Program-made: the position numbers and the translations under genes | Assembly (NCBI GenBank): GCA_021777565.1 | Contig: JAJYDJ010000001.1 | Location: forward strand, 88,431-152,430 | From: a bacterium | GTDB taxonomy: Bacteria > Patescibacteriota > Microgenomatia > Levybacterales > UBA12049 | Reading direction: 5' to 3' | DNA length: 64,000 nt | The notes under the pieces: model-generated | The model's database searches: none | The model's input: the letters and a program-made list of their open reading frames with translations, nothing else | Told to the model about the DNA's origin: nothing | Part shown: in pieces, positions 63,746 to 64,000 of the stretch | Layout: each line of letters opens with the position of its first letter | How positions within the stretch are numbered: the stretch's first letter is position 1

Positions 63746-64000
63746 GCGACTCACTCATCTCAGAACAAGTGAAGCAGTATTACGACAACGCGTATCTCCC
63801 TGAGCATTTTACCCAGGAGGAGGAACGTTTTCTTAGGCCGTTCTTTACTAACCTTGACAAGCCTGTTTTCGTCATTAAAAATCTCCCATCAGAAGTAAAG
63901 GGGGCAGTGGCATCCCGTTATAGCCGAGCAACAGCAAGCCTGAGAAGATTATTCCTGAATGAGTATCTCAATCCTATTATTTATCCAGATATGCAGAAAG
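63742..64000 (+). CDS. Hypothetical protein, 3'-truncated by window edge (pyrimidine-metabolism context)
   Basis: ATGA overlap with the dut stop; open to the end of the window; 'ASRYSRA' is weakly reminiscent of the ThyX SxRY motif but no RHR is seen. Confidence 0.35.
   Translation, partial: MSDSLISEQVKQYYDNAYLPEHFTQEEERFLRPFFTNLDKPVFVIKNLPSEVKGAVASRYSRATASLRRLFLNEYLNPIIYPDMQK

Noticed and set aside
1-64000. CRISPR arrays, rRNA genes, IS elements with terminal inverted repeats
   Set aside because: No regularly spaced short direct repeats, no rRNA-like conserved stretches and no transposase-like ORFs were seen on either strand. The only recombinase is the large serine recombinase.

Overview
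This 64-kb window looks like a gene-dense, low-GC bacterial chromosome segment. Coding is on both strands and the content suggests a small-genome lineage, possibly Patescibacteria/CPR-like; that taxonomic guess is inference from gene content only.

Conserved core genes that I recognise from sequence motifs:
- Isoprenoid and lipid carrier: idi, uppS, Maf.
- Translation and ribosome: rpmG (L33), rpmB (L28), fmt, def, ychF, a YbaK-type deacylase, and a tRNA cluster Thr(TGT)-Tyr(GTA)-Thr(GGT) on the plus strand with tRNA-Trp(CCA) on the minus strand.
- Cell shape and DNA metabolism: mreB, a PBP2-type transpeptidase, dprA, topA.
- Pyrimidine deoxynucleotides: dcd, dut, and a thymidylate-kinase-like P-loop kinase.
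- Envelope glycosylation: two GT-C membrane glycosyltransferases, two GT4 enzymes and an O-antigen-ligase/TPR fusion.
- Transport: a P-type ATPase, an MFS transporter and a CDF-like transporter.

The most interesting region runs from about 9.8 to 21.0 kb. It is AT-rich and contains two units.
- An operon with overlapping stops and starts encoding a UbiA-family prenyltransferase, a GT28/PseG-like glycosyltransferase, a nucleotidyltransferase and UppS. It is flanked by about 35-bp imperfect direct repeats.
- A roughly 7-kb integrative element that ends in a large serine recombinase whose ORF reads into the 3' half of tRNA-Trp. It carries a translationally coupled SMODS-like nucleotidyltransferase plus a two-TM SLATT-like effector (a minimal CBASS-like module). 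Next to it sit a divergent pair of proteins with a DUF4145-like motif and several small phage-like ORFs.

Other notable observations:
- A 1281-aa protein made of three tandem GH130-like modules.
- A 31-bp duplication of the ychF promoter and start that brackets a glyoxalase gene.
- Two paralogous ATPase plus OmpR-type winged-helix regulators.
- A recurrent TATAAT-N6-9-ATG arrangement, which implies many leaderless mRNAs.
- An acidic low-complexity insertion inside MreB.

I found no rRNA genes and no CRISPR array.

Every functional call rests on motifs I can read in the provided translations. No database searches were run.
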